Source: Amoebophrya sp. A120 (taxonomy: Eukaryota > Protista > Dinoflagellata). From it: 64,000 nt of DNA. The position numbers and the translations under genes are program-made. The notes under the pieces are model-generated. The model saw only the letters and a program-made list of their open reading frames with translations. It had not been told where the DNA came from and searched no databases. Positions 23,501 to 34,157 of this stretch are shown in pieces. The stretch is from positions 3,001,014 to 3,065,013 of the forward strand of contig CAJINV010000004.1 of assembly GCA_905178155.1 (NCBI GenBank). The letters run 5' to 3'. Position 1 is the first letter of the stretch. Each line of letters starts with the position of its first letter.

Positions 23501-25907
23501 TTCGGTGACAAAGTCCTGGATCTGCTGGAAACACGGCGTGCCCGTGACCACCACGTGTTTCACCCCGCGCTTCTGGATGTAGGCCTGCTTGCCCTCCAAC
23601 ATCGTCTGTGTTGTAAGTGTTTTTGGTTGTTCTTACGACAGCGTATTTCGATTTGTTTTTGTAGTCCTCTTCCTGTCTCCTCTCCTGGAGCTGCATCGAC
23701 ATAATCTCCATCTCGCCCGCCGGAGTAGGAAACATGAAAAACTAAAACATGAAGAAAGCAAGTCGAATTACTATCACGGCGGGACACATCAAAAGCTATT
23801 CGTGGGCCCATCGAAGCTCATAAAGTTGTATCTTTGTGCAATAAAAAGAAGTTCAAGTTTTTAGACTTAGTACCCTGTACAGCCTCCGGCATTCCTTGAG
23901 AAGTGTGAGAATGGAAACTAGCCCAAAGGCCAGAGAAATAACTGTCATCACTCGGCCAAGCAGGGTCGCGGGTGTGAGATCTCCTGGGCCGATTGTGAGG
24001 AGGGACATGAAGTATTCACAGGAAATTCCCCGTGGTGCACGACGTCCAAATAGAAGACAAGAGGAGGTGCGATTTCTGCATTACAAACACAAAACTTGCG
24101 ATGATTCGATAGATCCCAGTCTTCAGCATAACAAGTCCCCACGCCAAGTTGGTGTAGTCATGCACGATTCTGTGCGCCGCCGTGTAGAAGGGAAAATTTG
24201 TATTGCGTATGAAGTAGAAGTAGGCAGTGGAAAGCGGCGTCCAGAGTGCGTTGTAGGCGTTTTTGTAGTCTACCTCCGGCACCTTGTTGCCGCCCGCCAC
24301 TGGCGCCCACAAACGGCCGTAGAGGAAAAATGGCATGCCCATGCCGTATGGGTCGGCGAACGACTTGCGGTTGAGAACGGCGTACCGGTCTTCCGCGAGC
24401 GGGGGGCCTTTCAGGTACCACCGGGTATCGAACCCGACCTCCTCAAAAATGGCAATCGACACGGCGGACACGAACAGAAACGGGAAGGTGACCTATCCTG
24501 TGTAAAAACGTCCCCATACCAGAGTCAAGATGGGAAATCTGCTAGACAAATCAACCAGCTTTGGTTGCTTCGCATGACAAGTTTGTCCTTGTAGTGCAAT
24601 GCTGTTTAGGTAGTTCAGCAGCATCACAGATCAATCTAGCACATCATGCGGATTCTAGCATCACAAATCTCAAAACACCACTAGAAAATGCTTCTCATGG
24701 GTCTCCGCATGAGAAACATTTTCAGCATGCGGATTTGCATTACAACTCTGGGGTGGGGATGTTTTTACTCAGGATATGACCAGGGGCGTGTTCATGCCGC
24801 GAAGCACATGGAAAAACACCGTGTTGGACACTGGTAAACTCGTGAACCACCGCCGCCACACGTACATCAAGCGGAAAACGATGAACTGCGTCGGCACATA
24901 CCTGGAATACAGGATCATCGATTTCTTCATCTTACGGACGAGGTCAGCGCTAGAAGCGGCAGTGAGTCTCAAACACGTTCTTAGCCTCCCTTACGATGCG
25001 CCAGGACTCCGTATTGTCATGCGTTTCTTTACTGCGGTATCAAAAACAAAATAACCAATTGCTTTGCAATATCGAATTAGAAATGTCAAACCATGTCTTC
25101 GGCTGCACGCTGGTGACACTGTCGTTTTCCGGGACGGTGAGCGCGTCGATCTGGTCTGTGGTGTCGTAGTCTATTCTGCCCAGCATGAAGCTGGAGACGA
25201 TGATGGTGAGATCGATCGGAAACCTGGTGAAGCACGCAATCATGGCCACCGCCACGGGCGAGAACATGGCGTGGAGAAGCCCCGCAATGAACTCGATGGT
25301 CACCAACGCGCCGAAAATCAGCTCCAGCGTGCTGTGCAACGGCGCCACCTGCTTGGACTCGAAGCGGTCGATGAAAAAAAATAGCTGCACGAAACAAGAG
25401 GAGAACACCAGCAGGAACCACTTTCCGTGCGTAGCGAACCAGTACTGCACGCCGACCACCCGGTCGACCGTTTCTTCCGTCACAGGCACGATGCCGAACA
25501 GGTTGCGCTCGCCTGGGGTTGTGATAAGGTATGAAGCAGGAAACGGAATAAAGTCGCTTCGGATCATTCAGATTCACAGTGTTGGGTTGATCTTGATCAT
25601 GATAATTTATTTGTTTCTTGAACAACGATTACGTTATAATTAAGACGTTGCAACGATCCAATCCGATTTTTCTCAATGACGAGCTGAACAGTCAAAAATG
25701 AACATGAGGATAAGTACCTGTAACCCAGGTCCTCAATGTGGAGAGCAGTGCGAAGCTCGTCGCCACGAGCCACGCGGTGAAAATCAAGTTCATGATTTGC
25801 TGGATGTGCAGCCATCCTGGCGCGATGCAGGTGCCGCCGCAAACGGAGCTGCCGTCCACCGTCGGCGCGACCAGCGTCACCAACGGGGCGGCGGTGACGT
25901 CTGCCAT
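14545..25907 (-). CDS. Slo/BK-type (Ca-activated K+ channel-like) protein with TM region, pore and RCK1/RCK2; split by 15 TIR elements plus GT-AG introns
   Basis: Reconstructed motifs YFYFMSLLTIGPGD..TLLGR, KHVVVTG...DFVTEIYHEE, DQSNVMRVLQMKN, SLDDFKASIAMKSCFLPGFACFICNLF, WEKMYFSGLEKEIY, GHLIICC and PRYCCGKLF align by eye to BK motifs. Confidence 0.88.
14729..14863. mobile_element. Intronic TIR element, family B
   Basis: TATCCTGTGCAAAAGTATC...GATGCTTTTGCAATGCATA; DR ACTTC; frame restored KK|FNPNE. Confidence 0.9.
14969..15274. mobile_element. Intronic TIR element, family G
   Basis: TATTACAATGAAAAATGCCCCC...GGGGGCACTTTTCACTGTAATA; DR AGGCA. Confidence 0.92.
15356..15487. mobile_element. Intronic TIR element, family H
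   Basis: TATCCAGGAAAAAACACCCA...TGGGTGATCTTCTTTCGTGGATA; DR AAACT. Confidence 0.85.
15634..16390. mobile_element. Intronic TIR element, family D, enlarged by a nested insertion
   Basis: TATCCTGAGCAAAAACGT...ACGTTTTTCCTCAGGATA; DR TCGTT; compare the empty copy 24494-24776. Confidence 0.92.
15849..16318 (-). mobile_element. Longer copy of the (ATG)n-tailed retroposon-like element
   Basis: Inserted at GGGGCTCCGCAT|GAGAAA of family D; (CAT)n runs with stuttered target copies at the left end; CCGCAT repeated at 16319. Confidence 0.75.
16612..16769. mobile_element. Intronic TIR element, family C
   Basis: TATGCAATACAAATTTCCCGTAC...GTACGGGAAATTTACTGTGGATA; DR GCGGG/GCGGA. Confidence 0.9.
16897..17201. 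mobile_element. Intronic TIR element, family I (~50-bp TIR)
   Basis: TATGAAAGCCTCAG..GGAAATCCTCAAAGTGGAAATAA / TTATTTCCACTTTGAGGATTTCC..CTGAGGCTTTCATA; DR GGAGG. Confidence 0.93.
17246..17480. mobile_element. Intronic TIR element, family J
   Basis: TATGGCGTTCCCAAGTGTTACATTCTCAACTGTT...GAGAATGTAACAGTTGAGAACGCCATA; DR GTTCA. Confidence 0.93.
17651..17910. mobile_element. Intronic TIR element, family A
   Basis: TATCAACTGCAAATATGTCTGGGTCTGGAAG...CTTCCAGACCCAGACATATTTGCAATGCATA; DR ACAGC. Confidence 0.93.
18288..19666. repeat. Tandem array of ~96-bp hairpin-forming units, at least 14 copies, running into the gap
   Basis: GCTGGCCCCTAGGTCATGACGCGGGGACCGAGTCCCCGCGCTGACCTAGGGC... at 18288, 18384, 18480 and onward. 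Confidence 0.97.
19667..20609. other. Assembly gap (N run)
   Basis: Run of N. Confidence 1.
20998..21495. mobile_element. Intronic TIR element, family D, with a nested insertion
   Basis: CATCCTGAGTAAAAACGTCCCC...GGGGACATTTTTAATCAGGATA; DR CGAGG. Confidence 0.9.
21043..21244 (-). mobile_element. ~200-bp poly(A)-tailed retroposed insert (SINE-like)
   Basis: 17-bp TSD GAGTCGAGATGGGAAAT at 21026-21042 and 21245-21261; T-run at the left end; absent from copy 24494-24776. Confidence 0.8.
21794..21946. mobile_element. Intronic TIR element, family C (reverse orientation)
   Basis: CATCCACAGTAAATTTC...GAAATTCGTATTGCATA; DR TGCGC. Confidence 0.9.
22007..22169. mobile_element. Intronic TIR element, family B (DR decayed)
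   Basis: TATCCACTGCAAAAGTAT...ATACTTTTGCAATGCCTA; removing element+5 nt gives LE|YPNTT. Confidence 0.8.
22993..23148. mobile_element. Intronic TIR element
   Basis: TATGCAATGCAAAAC...GTTTCATCGCAATGCATA; DR GCAGC; frame restored IVVL|LHVSEKK. Confidence 0.88.
24013..24209. mobile_element. Intronic TIR element, family C-like, in the channel pore helix
   Basis: TATTCACAGGAAATTCCCC...GGGAAAATTTGTATTGCGTA; DR TGAAG. Confidence 0.85.
24494..24776. mobile_element. Intronic TIR element, family D (uninterrupted copy)
   Basis: TATCCTGTGTAAAAACGTCCCCA...TGGGGATGTTTTTACTCAGGATA; DR TGACC. Confidence 0.93.
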
Positions 25908-27913
25908 AATTTTTCTTCGTTTGTTTCCTTGTTGTTACAGCGACGGCGATGAAGCACGAGGCGGAGGTGGACTGCAGGAGCTTGTTAAGACGACACCGCG
26001 ACCCCCTGCTACAGTGCTGATGGGACGTCCTCGGACAACTACGATAGGACACAGGATACGTATTTCATTCTGTCGTGGTGCGCGCAGAAGTCCTCGTAGT
26101 CGTAGATGAAGGCGGATATTTTTAGCGGCTCCTCGTGGCAGCCCCAGCCTCCACCTCGTCCGGTGATAACGAACTAAACCTGGAAGATGAACTTGTCCAC
26201 CATCCCTAAGGATTTGCCGTCCGTTTCCAAACCGTCAGCCTCGAGGAGACAGAGTTCGTGCCGAAAAAGATATGCCGAAGATGTAATGGCGTTCATAAGC
26301 ATAACTGGAGAACGATCAGTCCTCGCACCCAGCACACGACGCACGACGATCTCGATCTTGAGATGCTGCAGTAATGCCGCAACCACAGCCGCAAGAAAGA
26401 CAGCAATTAGGTGCTGGCATGAATAGCCTTTGTTCATGAAACAGAAAAAGCTTATTAAGCATCGATGCGGAGCGCGTGGTAGAAGGCAAGAACTCGTTAA
26501 CTACTAGTCTGAAGAACTACTTATAGAACTATAGATGCTGAAATTTTTTGCCGTTTTTCTCCTTAGTATTCGCCTCTCGTCCGCCCGTAGTTACTGCTAG
26601 GCACTCGAGCAAAAACTGCTCTTGCTTTCCTTTGCGATGCTGTTGGTTCGAATGATTGAAATTTGAGCGGTTTTGGTAGTTTGCCGTGTACCTAATGTTG
26701 ACACTCTCTACCTCTCTCGTCGGTCTCTCCGCGACTTGGGAAAAATAAAGCACATATTAAGCTGCATCGTCCTAGTCATCATGTGGTGGTTGTACACAGA
26801 CACTCTTAAACTACGCGGCCCCGAAAATAACGACCTGCAATAGGAATGGCCTGCGTTTTGCTTTTCCTTTGCATGTGCCTTCATTGTTTTTTCTTTTTTT
26901 CCGCGAAGATGTATTTGACTCTTCGAAAAAGTTCGCTCGAGTTTATCCTTTCCTTCGAGCAGCACGACTTTTTGGGACAGGAGTGGACGCAAATTAATAA
27001 GCGAATAACCACGACGACGACATGTAGAAGATCGAAGGAAGTTGGCATAAACATCTCTATTTTTTGTTTTTCCTGTTCAATGACATCAAACCCAAGTCGG
27101 ACCATGCAACCAGTACCAGGGAGGTATTTGCATATGCATTGGCATTTGCAATGCGTCACGTTGCAGCTCGCCAGCCTTTGATGTCTTAGGGGAGCGCTTG
27201 CTCTATTTGAGTAATCCAAGAACTGATTGCGATTTTCTACCCATCAAAACAGCGACATGGAAATTCAAAGAACTAAGCCAGAGTTTTTTGTATTTTTTCA
27301 AGGTGGAACTTAGTTGTAGGACAACACGTACGTTCTAGCGTTAATACGTAAAAAGCTGATTGCTCTAAGTTTCACAGTTTGTGACTATTTCAGTTCAGAA
27401 ACCCTAGAGGAGGATGCTGTGGCATTTCTGCGAAGAACATCAACAAACTTTACGTCTAATATTCTCAAAACTTCAAAAAAAAACCAGCACCGCTTCAACT
27501 ACATGAACCTTTCTGAGATAAGCATCCAGCTGCGTTGGGTCTGCAAGTACATCTGAAATTCTTGATACTTACTCTGTTTTCCCTAATGCTACTTCTAGTT
27601 CGACTTACATACGAGGATTCCGTCGAGTACTACATCTCAAAACTGCAGCATAATCATAGACGAGAGGCGTTTCTGGATTGTTCAACCAAAAATTGCAGAT
27701 TAGTAATACGTACATTTTTGTATTTGGTGGAGGAAGATGGGACGTCACTCACAAATACACAACTCATACTCAAACAAAGCCTCCTGCTACCCATAAATAC
27801 TCATTTTTTTCCGGCCTTTCGGTTGTATCCAACATATTTATAATCGATTTGGTTGCACATGCACAATACCAGCCCGTGTTCTACTTGATATCCTTTTTCA
27901 CAACTTATAGAAA

Positions 27914-30900
27914 CTACACATCCAACTTCCGCACGAGCCTTCCACGGTAGTAAAACTGTACCTCCAGCGGGCGGCAGGGCGCGGAAGGAAGCCTGCCTAG
28001 CACAGGATCCACCCATTGATGGAGGAAAATCTGCAGAGTTTTCTTTTCCCGCTCGTCCTGGTCGTCGTGTAGTTCTCCATCGTGATGAAAATTAACCACA
28101 CAGTCATGTTTTGACGGCTCGGTCATGCTATCGCTTCCGCGTCCGCTCATGAGCATGTTAATGCTCTTCTTCTCGTTGCCATGTTTCATGTTCCTGTTTT
28201 TGCAGCAGGTAGAAGTTCTTGCAATGGAGGTTGCTGGTGCTGAGCCCTCCTCTGCATCTTCAGTGATCATCGGCGGGAAAGGTGCTGCGGGTTGTTCTTC
28301 TACTCCGAAAGTAGGCTGATGTTGCGTACTAGTTGTGCTATCGAAAGATATGGCATGATTGCTAGATTCGTTTTTTTTTGTTTTGCAGACGCGGTGACAG
28401 AAATAAGAAAAGAAACCAGGACTCCGGGTCGTCTTAGAGGGCGATAGCTGTTCGTCACCGTCTCGTTCTACTACGTGGTCATCTGGCCAGGAGGAGGTCC
28501 TCAGCGTCGCACTTCTACGGGTGGTCGTCGTCGTGTCGCGCGGCCTCATCTCACGAGGACCCGGCGGGAAATTATAGTGATCCTTGGCGTAGTCGGAACC
28601 GGAAGGAAGATTCGCTTGTTCGACCGCGCGGTCATTATACTGCGGCGCCCTTGTTGGTGGACTGGCGTCCAAAAAAAAGCCCTGATCAAGTTGGAAATAC
28701 AGGTGGTCAATGGACGATGGTCTCGTAGTTTTGTTGGAGCTGCTGCTAGAAGAAGCGCAGCCTTTTATGGACTTGGACGATTCATCTCCGCGGCGAAAGT
28801 GCGACGCAGTAGGAGAGGTGGGAGCGGTTCGAGAAGAAATCGCTGCGCTCTCGAAAAAGTAGTCCTCCGCAGCGTGATGGTTGCAGCTTTCCACCTCGAG
28901 ACTGTCAAGCTCAGCTGCAGGAGACCCTGCGTGCGCGGATCCAGACTCTGTAGTTGTTGCAAGCGGTGTAGAGGTTGGACCTCCTCCACCTCCAAACGCA
29001 GTCGAGAAACTTCCGTTGGTGTCCCCAGCTAGAAATCCACTTGTACAAGTCGTAATATCGTCCAACGGAATTTTCAACACGCGCACATCGTGGTCGTGAC
29101 ACGCCTGGAATGCGGCGACAAGGTCGCGGACTTCGAGCAGTACGACGTTATTCGGGCTTGATGCAGCAGCTCCCTGCTGTACAGCTCTTCGACTTGATGT
29201 TGATGTGCCTGCAGGTGCTGGCCTCATGATCCCACTACTGCATGCGGTTTGTGTAGTCTCTCCTCCAGATCCAGAACAAGTCCACCCTTCGTCATTGTCG
29301 TCCCCAGTAGAAGCTGACTTCGCTTTGATGTTTCCTTGATTCAAAAATGTTTGGCTTCTTCTTGCTGGAGAGGTACATCGTTGACGCTCGCCTTTCTCAG
29401 GCACTTCCGGAGCTGCAAACCCTAACCCTTGTACAGTCGGAATTTCTGTTTCAACTTCAAGCGTTGAGGTCGAGGACATTATAAAACCGTCTCCTTTTGT
29501 TCTGGCCGGATCGGCAGGTTCGGTCTTTCCATCGACGGCATCTTCGCTTTTCTTGATGCAAGAACTTGAATCCGAATTCCTGAGATGTAAGTGCAAAACC
29601 GCCATTTTTGCGGACCCGCCCCTGCTCCGGGGACGAGCTTGTCTTTCCGCGCCGTCTGTTTTGCTTTGATCTTGTTCCTGTTGCAACATCTCCACATCTC
29701 CAGATTCAGTGAAACTGCTACGTGGCGTTGCCGCTTGCGCTTCCGTTTGAGATTGAGAAGATCTTGAGCTGGTAGACGTAGACTTTTGTTCAGCATGATC
29801 AGGTTGCGGTAATTGCAGGCCTTCATCCGCCCCGAGCATTTGATCCTGTTGATCTTGGAGACAATCTTGAATGCTACATGTTGCCTCAGCGCCGACCTCC
29901 ACTGACTTAGAAGATGTTGGTGTTGGTGTTGCCCCCGTCTTTGCGGCCAGACTGTGATGCTGCGGCACTTGTGGTTGATGTTCACCTGATGCCCCTCCCG
30001 CACCACCACCGGGCATCAAAGATGGCACGACCACGGAGCGCCAGCCAGTCACGGTCTCTAAGAACGACGTGGGCGACGATGATTATGCAAGACAAATTTC
30101 CATTCCCGCACATGCAGAAGATGCATCACAAATTTCGCCAATTTGGAGCGTCAAACTTGTCATGCTAAACTAGAATCGAAGCCAAGTTTTGTCATGCACA
30201 GACCGCATTTGTTGTACAACGTATACGGGAAATTTACTGTGGATAATGATCCCGATGACGCACCAGTAGATCTCTGCGCGATGTCGGTGTCTCGCAGCAC
30301 CATGTTAGCAGCGGCGAGAAGAGTCGAACAGTGCGCGAGGTTGGTGATTTTTCCGGTTCTTGGGCGTATCGCTTCCATAGGACTCGGAAAGATCAGCTGC
30401 CGGTACGAGGGCGCCAGACGGTTCTGAGCACTAGGCTGAGCCGGAAGACGGTAGATCAGCTCATCCACTATAGCTTCGCCTTCTCGTCCGGCACCGCCGG
30501 CCGCTTTGCCGGGTGTTCGATTTTTGTGAAAAAAGCGACGGGCAGAAGAAGTTGCATCATACGCACACGACCCAGGATTCCTGTTATAATGGAGCGAAGT
30601 GGAGGTCGTGGTCCTCGTCCCTGCACCTGGAGCTTCGTGGTCCTGGTCTCTCTTGCTGTCTATAATTCCCACCTGTCTCTGGCTCTGCGTGGTCTCCTGG
30701 TCGTGTTTCCCCGTACTACTACCGCCGCTATCCTGCGGATCCTGCACGGTAAGCACGGTGGCTGCAGCACTGAGCAGCGGCAAGTGCTGCTTGTACGTGA
30801 AAAAGTGCTTCTTCTGATGCGTGGCACCGCGAGCCGCCCCGCTGGCACGGGCTCCGGCGGCGCGAAGGGCGAAGGCTGTGGTGACTGTGTTTTTGTGCGG

Positions 30901-30996
30901 CGCGATGAACGCGAATAGCACCCAGGACCACACCCAGAACAGGTGCGCGTAAAGGAAACTACACGAGGACAAGTGCACTCTTCTCGTGTTCGACAT
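27914..30996 (-). CDS. Hypothetical low-complexity protein with an N-terminal hydrophobic segment; one TIR intron
   Basis: ORFs 30160..31122 and 27914..30052 join in frame (GS|SSPTSFLETVTG). Confidence 0.7.
30084..30245. mobile_element. Intronic TIR element, family C
   Basis: TATGCAAGACAAATTTCC...GGGAAATTTACTGTGGATA; DR ATGAT. Confidence 0.92.
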
Positions 30997-31937
30997 GGTT
31001 TCGGCATATGGCTCTACGATGAAAGCGCGGGCACTAGAAGCTATACTTCCGAGGATGAGGCTGCTCTTGAGCTTTGTACGAGAATTTGACAGGTTCAAAC
31101 AAGCTGCACTACGATAGCCCAATCTGTCAGCTACTGCTCCTTTAGAGAAGTTTGTTCTTGTTCAGTATCTAAATTACATTTTTTTCAGAGAAAAGACGTG
31201 AAAAGTCAGGAACTACAACTACTTTTATCAAAAAGAAAAAAATCCCTCACTTTCTTGTAACATTGCATTTACACTCCTTGATCGGCAAAAAGCACAAGGA
31301 ACGCTGCTATTGTGCGCTTGCTCCAAAAGCATACCAAAAAATGAGCCTCGACATCCAGAGAAATTTACCAACAGCAATATACACGTGCAATAAAGCATGA
31401 TCTTCACAAAACGATGAAGTAGTGCGTGGGTGGATCATCAACATGAGTCGTGTCTTTCGGGACTATAGCGCATCAACGCCGTCCTCCTCCTGCTACCTGC
31501 GTTTGCGACTTCAATTATGAATCAAATTTGATCGAACATCGTGCTGGAGCTTCTTCTTGTAGTTCGCCATAGACCTCCATACGAGGGAAAATATCGGCTT
31601 GGGATTAAGCATATTGAGCTTCCCCCGACATCACTGCAATGAATAACAACAAACCTGAGCTTCTGTGTTCTTATCAACACCCAATCAGCATCAAGACCCG
31701 TGCAGCTCAACACGATGTAACTGCCAGGATTTTTGTATTTTGAGCCATTGTCCTTTCGTACAGTAGCTGCTCACCGCACGACTTTTGCGCAAATGGAAGA
31801 TGATCTTGTAGTTGTTCTAGCCGAGGCAATAAACGAATTCAGGCAGCTGCAAATTCGGAAAAACGAGAATGGCTGCTGCTGCATCAAAGTCGCTGATGTC
31901 TATGCGAACTACTCATGATCATGATGGTGCCACCTTA

Positions 31938-33181
31938 CTATCTCTTCCGCACGCCTTTTCCTTTGCCCTTCATCTTACCGGCCTTTCCCTTGCCCTTCTT
32001 TCCAGCCATCTTTTTTCCTCCGCCTTTGTTGCCTCCGTTGCCCTTCGACCCTTTTCCGACAGCTTTCTTACTCCCGCCCTTCCCGCCACCGCCCTTCTTG
32101 CCTTCGCCTTTATAACTCGCTGCTGCGCCACCTCCACCTTTTTTCCCGCCGCTACCCTTTTTCCAGTAGTAGCCCTTGCCGGTGTGCGTCCGTGGCGTTT
32201 CGAAAATCTCGCACAGCGGTATGAGAGTGCACAACTACCCCTCCCCCTCATCGGTCACGCAAAATTCCAAATCCACCTCCAGCCTTTGCTTCCTGGCACT
32301 TTTCGCATTTTATTCACAGGCACAGGTTCTGGCAGCTGCCCTGTCTCCTGTGTCATACGAACCCGCATTCTTGCGGACGCTTGTTGTATTGCTGTTTGTG
32401 CCACATAAGTACAAATGAGGGGCACGTCGACCAGGGGGAGTTGCTGTGTACAAGAACTCTCATAAACGTCTCTAGCGAAATTTCGTACCGCTGCAGCTGC
32501 GTGTTCCACTTGTTTCCACGACGCCCGGAAGGGTGCTTCAGGCTGGTGGTACAGATCTTATCACAAGAAAAAAGTTGTGTCACAGTTATCACATTTGTTG
32601 TAACTTCAGCAACACAAATTTTCTCTGTGTGGCAGAGAAAACTTGCCATGCAGACATCCTAAGGGAAAACACGCAGGAAATGAAGTTCGCAAGAATTTCT
32701 TGCATGACAAAGGTTTTCTGTCTTGCGGCTCCTGCAACACCATGTGTAACTGCAACACTTTTTTCTTGCGATAGGTCTGGGTGTTCGTCCAGTACTCGAT
32801 CACTTCACCTTTCCCGCGCCGCTGTCCAAAGGAAGAAACTTCTACTCCACCGTACACGACGAGGACGAACAAATCTAATCGACATGAACATGATGCGGAG
32901 ACAGCATGAGGAAACTTCTTAATTTCCGTTTCCCAACATATGCATACTCAGCATGACAAGTTCCATGTCCAATTTGTGTTGCATTTGTGCGGGAGCAACT
33001 TTATATTTCTTTGCATACCCGCCAGATCTTGTGTCCGCCGTTCTGCTGCTTGCTCTCTTCCCGCGACCAACCGTGCTCCTCCGCGTGCTCGTATATCTCC
33101 TTGGGGAGACCCATTTTCGCAGAATACTTCGGAGCCGAGTGCCGGCGGATCTTGTTCAATAAGTTCTACTTTTGCCGCCAA
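31938..33181 (-). CDS. Small protein with a ...TQLQR..IFETPRTHTGKGY motif and a Lys/Gly-rich tail
   Basis: Reconstructed across one GT-AG intron and two TIR elements: GEVIEYWTNTQTCTTSLKHP...ETLCEIFETPRTHTGKGYYWKKGSGGKKGG. Confidence 0.7.
32220..32464. mobile_element. Intronic TIR element, family E (DR decayed)
   Basis: TATGAGAGTGCACAACTACCCCTCCCCCTCAT...GAACTCTCATA; DR AGCGG/AACGT; element+5 restores frame. Confidence 0.82.
32559..32773. mobile_element. Intronic TIR element, family F-like
   Basis: TATCACAAGAAAAAAGT...ACTTTTTTCTTGCGATA; DR GATCT/GGTCT. Confidence 0.88.
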
Positions 33182-34157
33182 TGTGATTCCGAAGGACGAA
33201 AAGGAGCGAAGTAATATTATACTTTAGGTGAAGCTGGGTGGTAGTACGGTCAACGAATGAAGAAAGAAGATGCTGGTCGCGAAATGCTGTAGTTTTCAAA
33301 AAAAAGAAAAAACCTAAATGATCTTCAAACGTATATCACGGTCAGCGAGCGTAGGTGTACGTTTTGTCGTGACGAAAAATTAAGGAGACTGCTAGGGACC
33401 GTCAGCGAGACGAAAAAAAATCGAGCCGTTGGTTCGGTAAGCACCAAAAAAAGAAGTGCAGGGATCTGTCATATACCTATACCTCAATTTGTGACACTAT
33501 GTTTTTGATGTTGTACGTGACATTCACATTCCTGCTCAAGCTCTATGATTATGAATGTTCGCCATGGATAAATAGCAATACTTTTTTCAAGCGGCTAGAG
33601 GTAATCTGATACTAGTAATGCAGCGCTCCTGAGGATCTTCCCTAGTTCGGCTTTTGTCGTCTTTGAATCTAATTATCGAGTCATTAATCCGCAAACGAGC
33701 AACAACCCACGGCAATGCATCCAGGTACAGGTTCGCGACCAAACTCACTCCCGGGCGTTGCAGTTCTGTCGCTTTCATCGTAGAATAGATCGAAGACGTA
33801 ATTCCTTGGCATGAGCAGGGGCAGATGTTGTAGTTGCCTCTCGCTGTGCATCCTTCGATCCAGCCAACGATGTTCTTCCAGTTCTCGCCCGGAGGCCGTG
33901 GCTGGCGTCTAGGTCGTGCAGTTTAACTTCTCGGCTTTATTCTTTGCGATTCTGCACGATCAGTAGACGTAGAAAGGGAACTACTATATTGCGTTTGCAA
34001 TTTCTACGCGATCGTTTACTTAGTACAACAACTCTACGCTTCGATCGCGATATGAAAGAAGATCCACAGGATCCAACGAATCCCCGTTTGCCGTAGAAGA
34101 TGTCTTCAGGGACAGGAACCACCAGCGGCACGAGTTCATCTTCATCATTCGCTACCG

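Noticed and set aside
14545-25907. Channel locus as a transposon-riddled pseudogene
   Set aside because: Exon frames join without stops or frameshifts at the junctions I translated, and RCK motifs are preserved.
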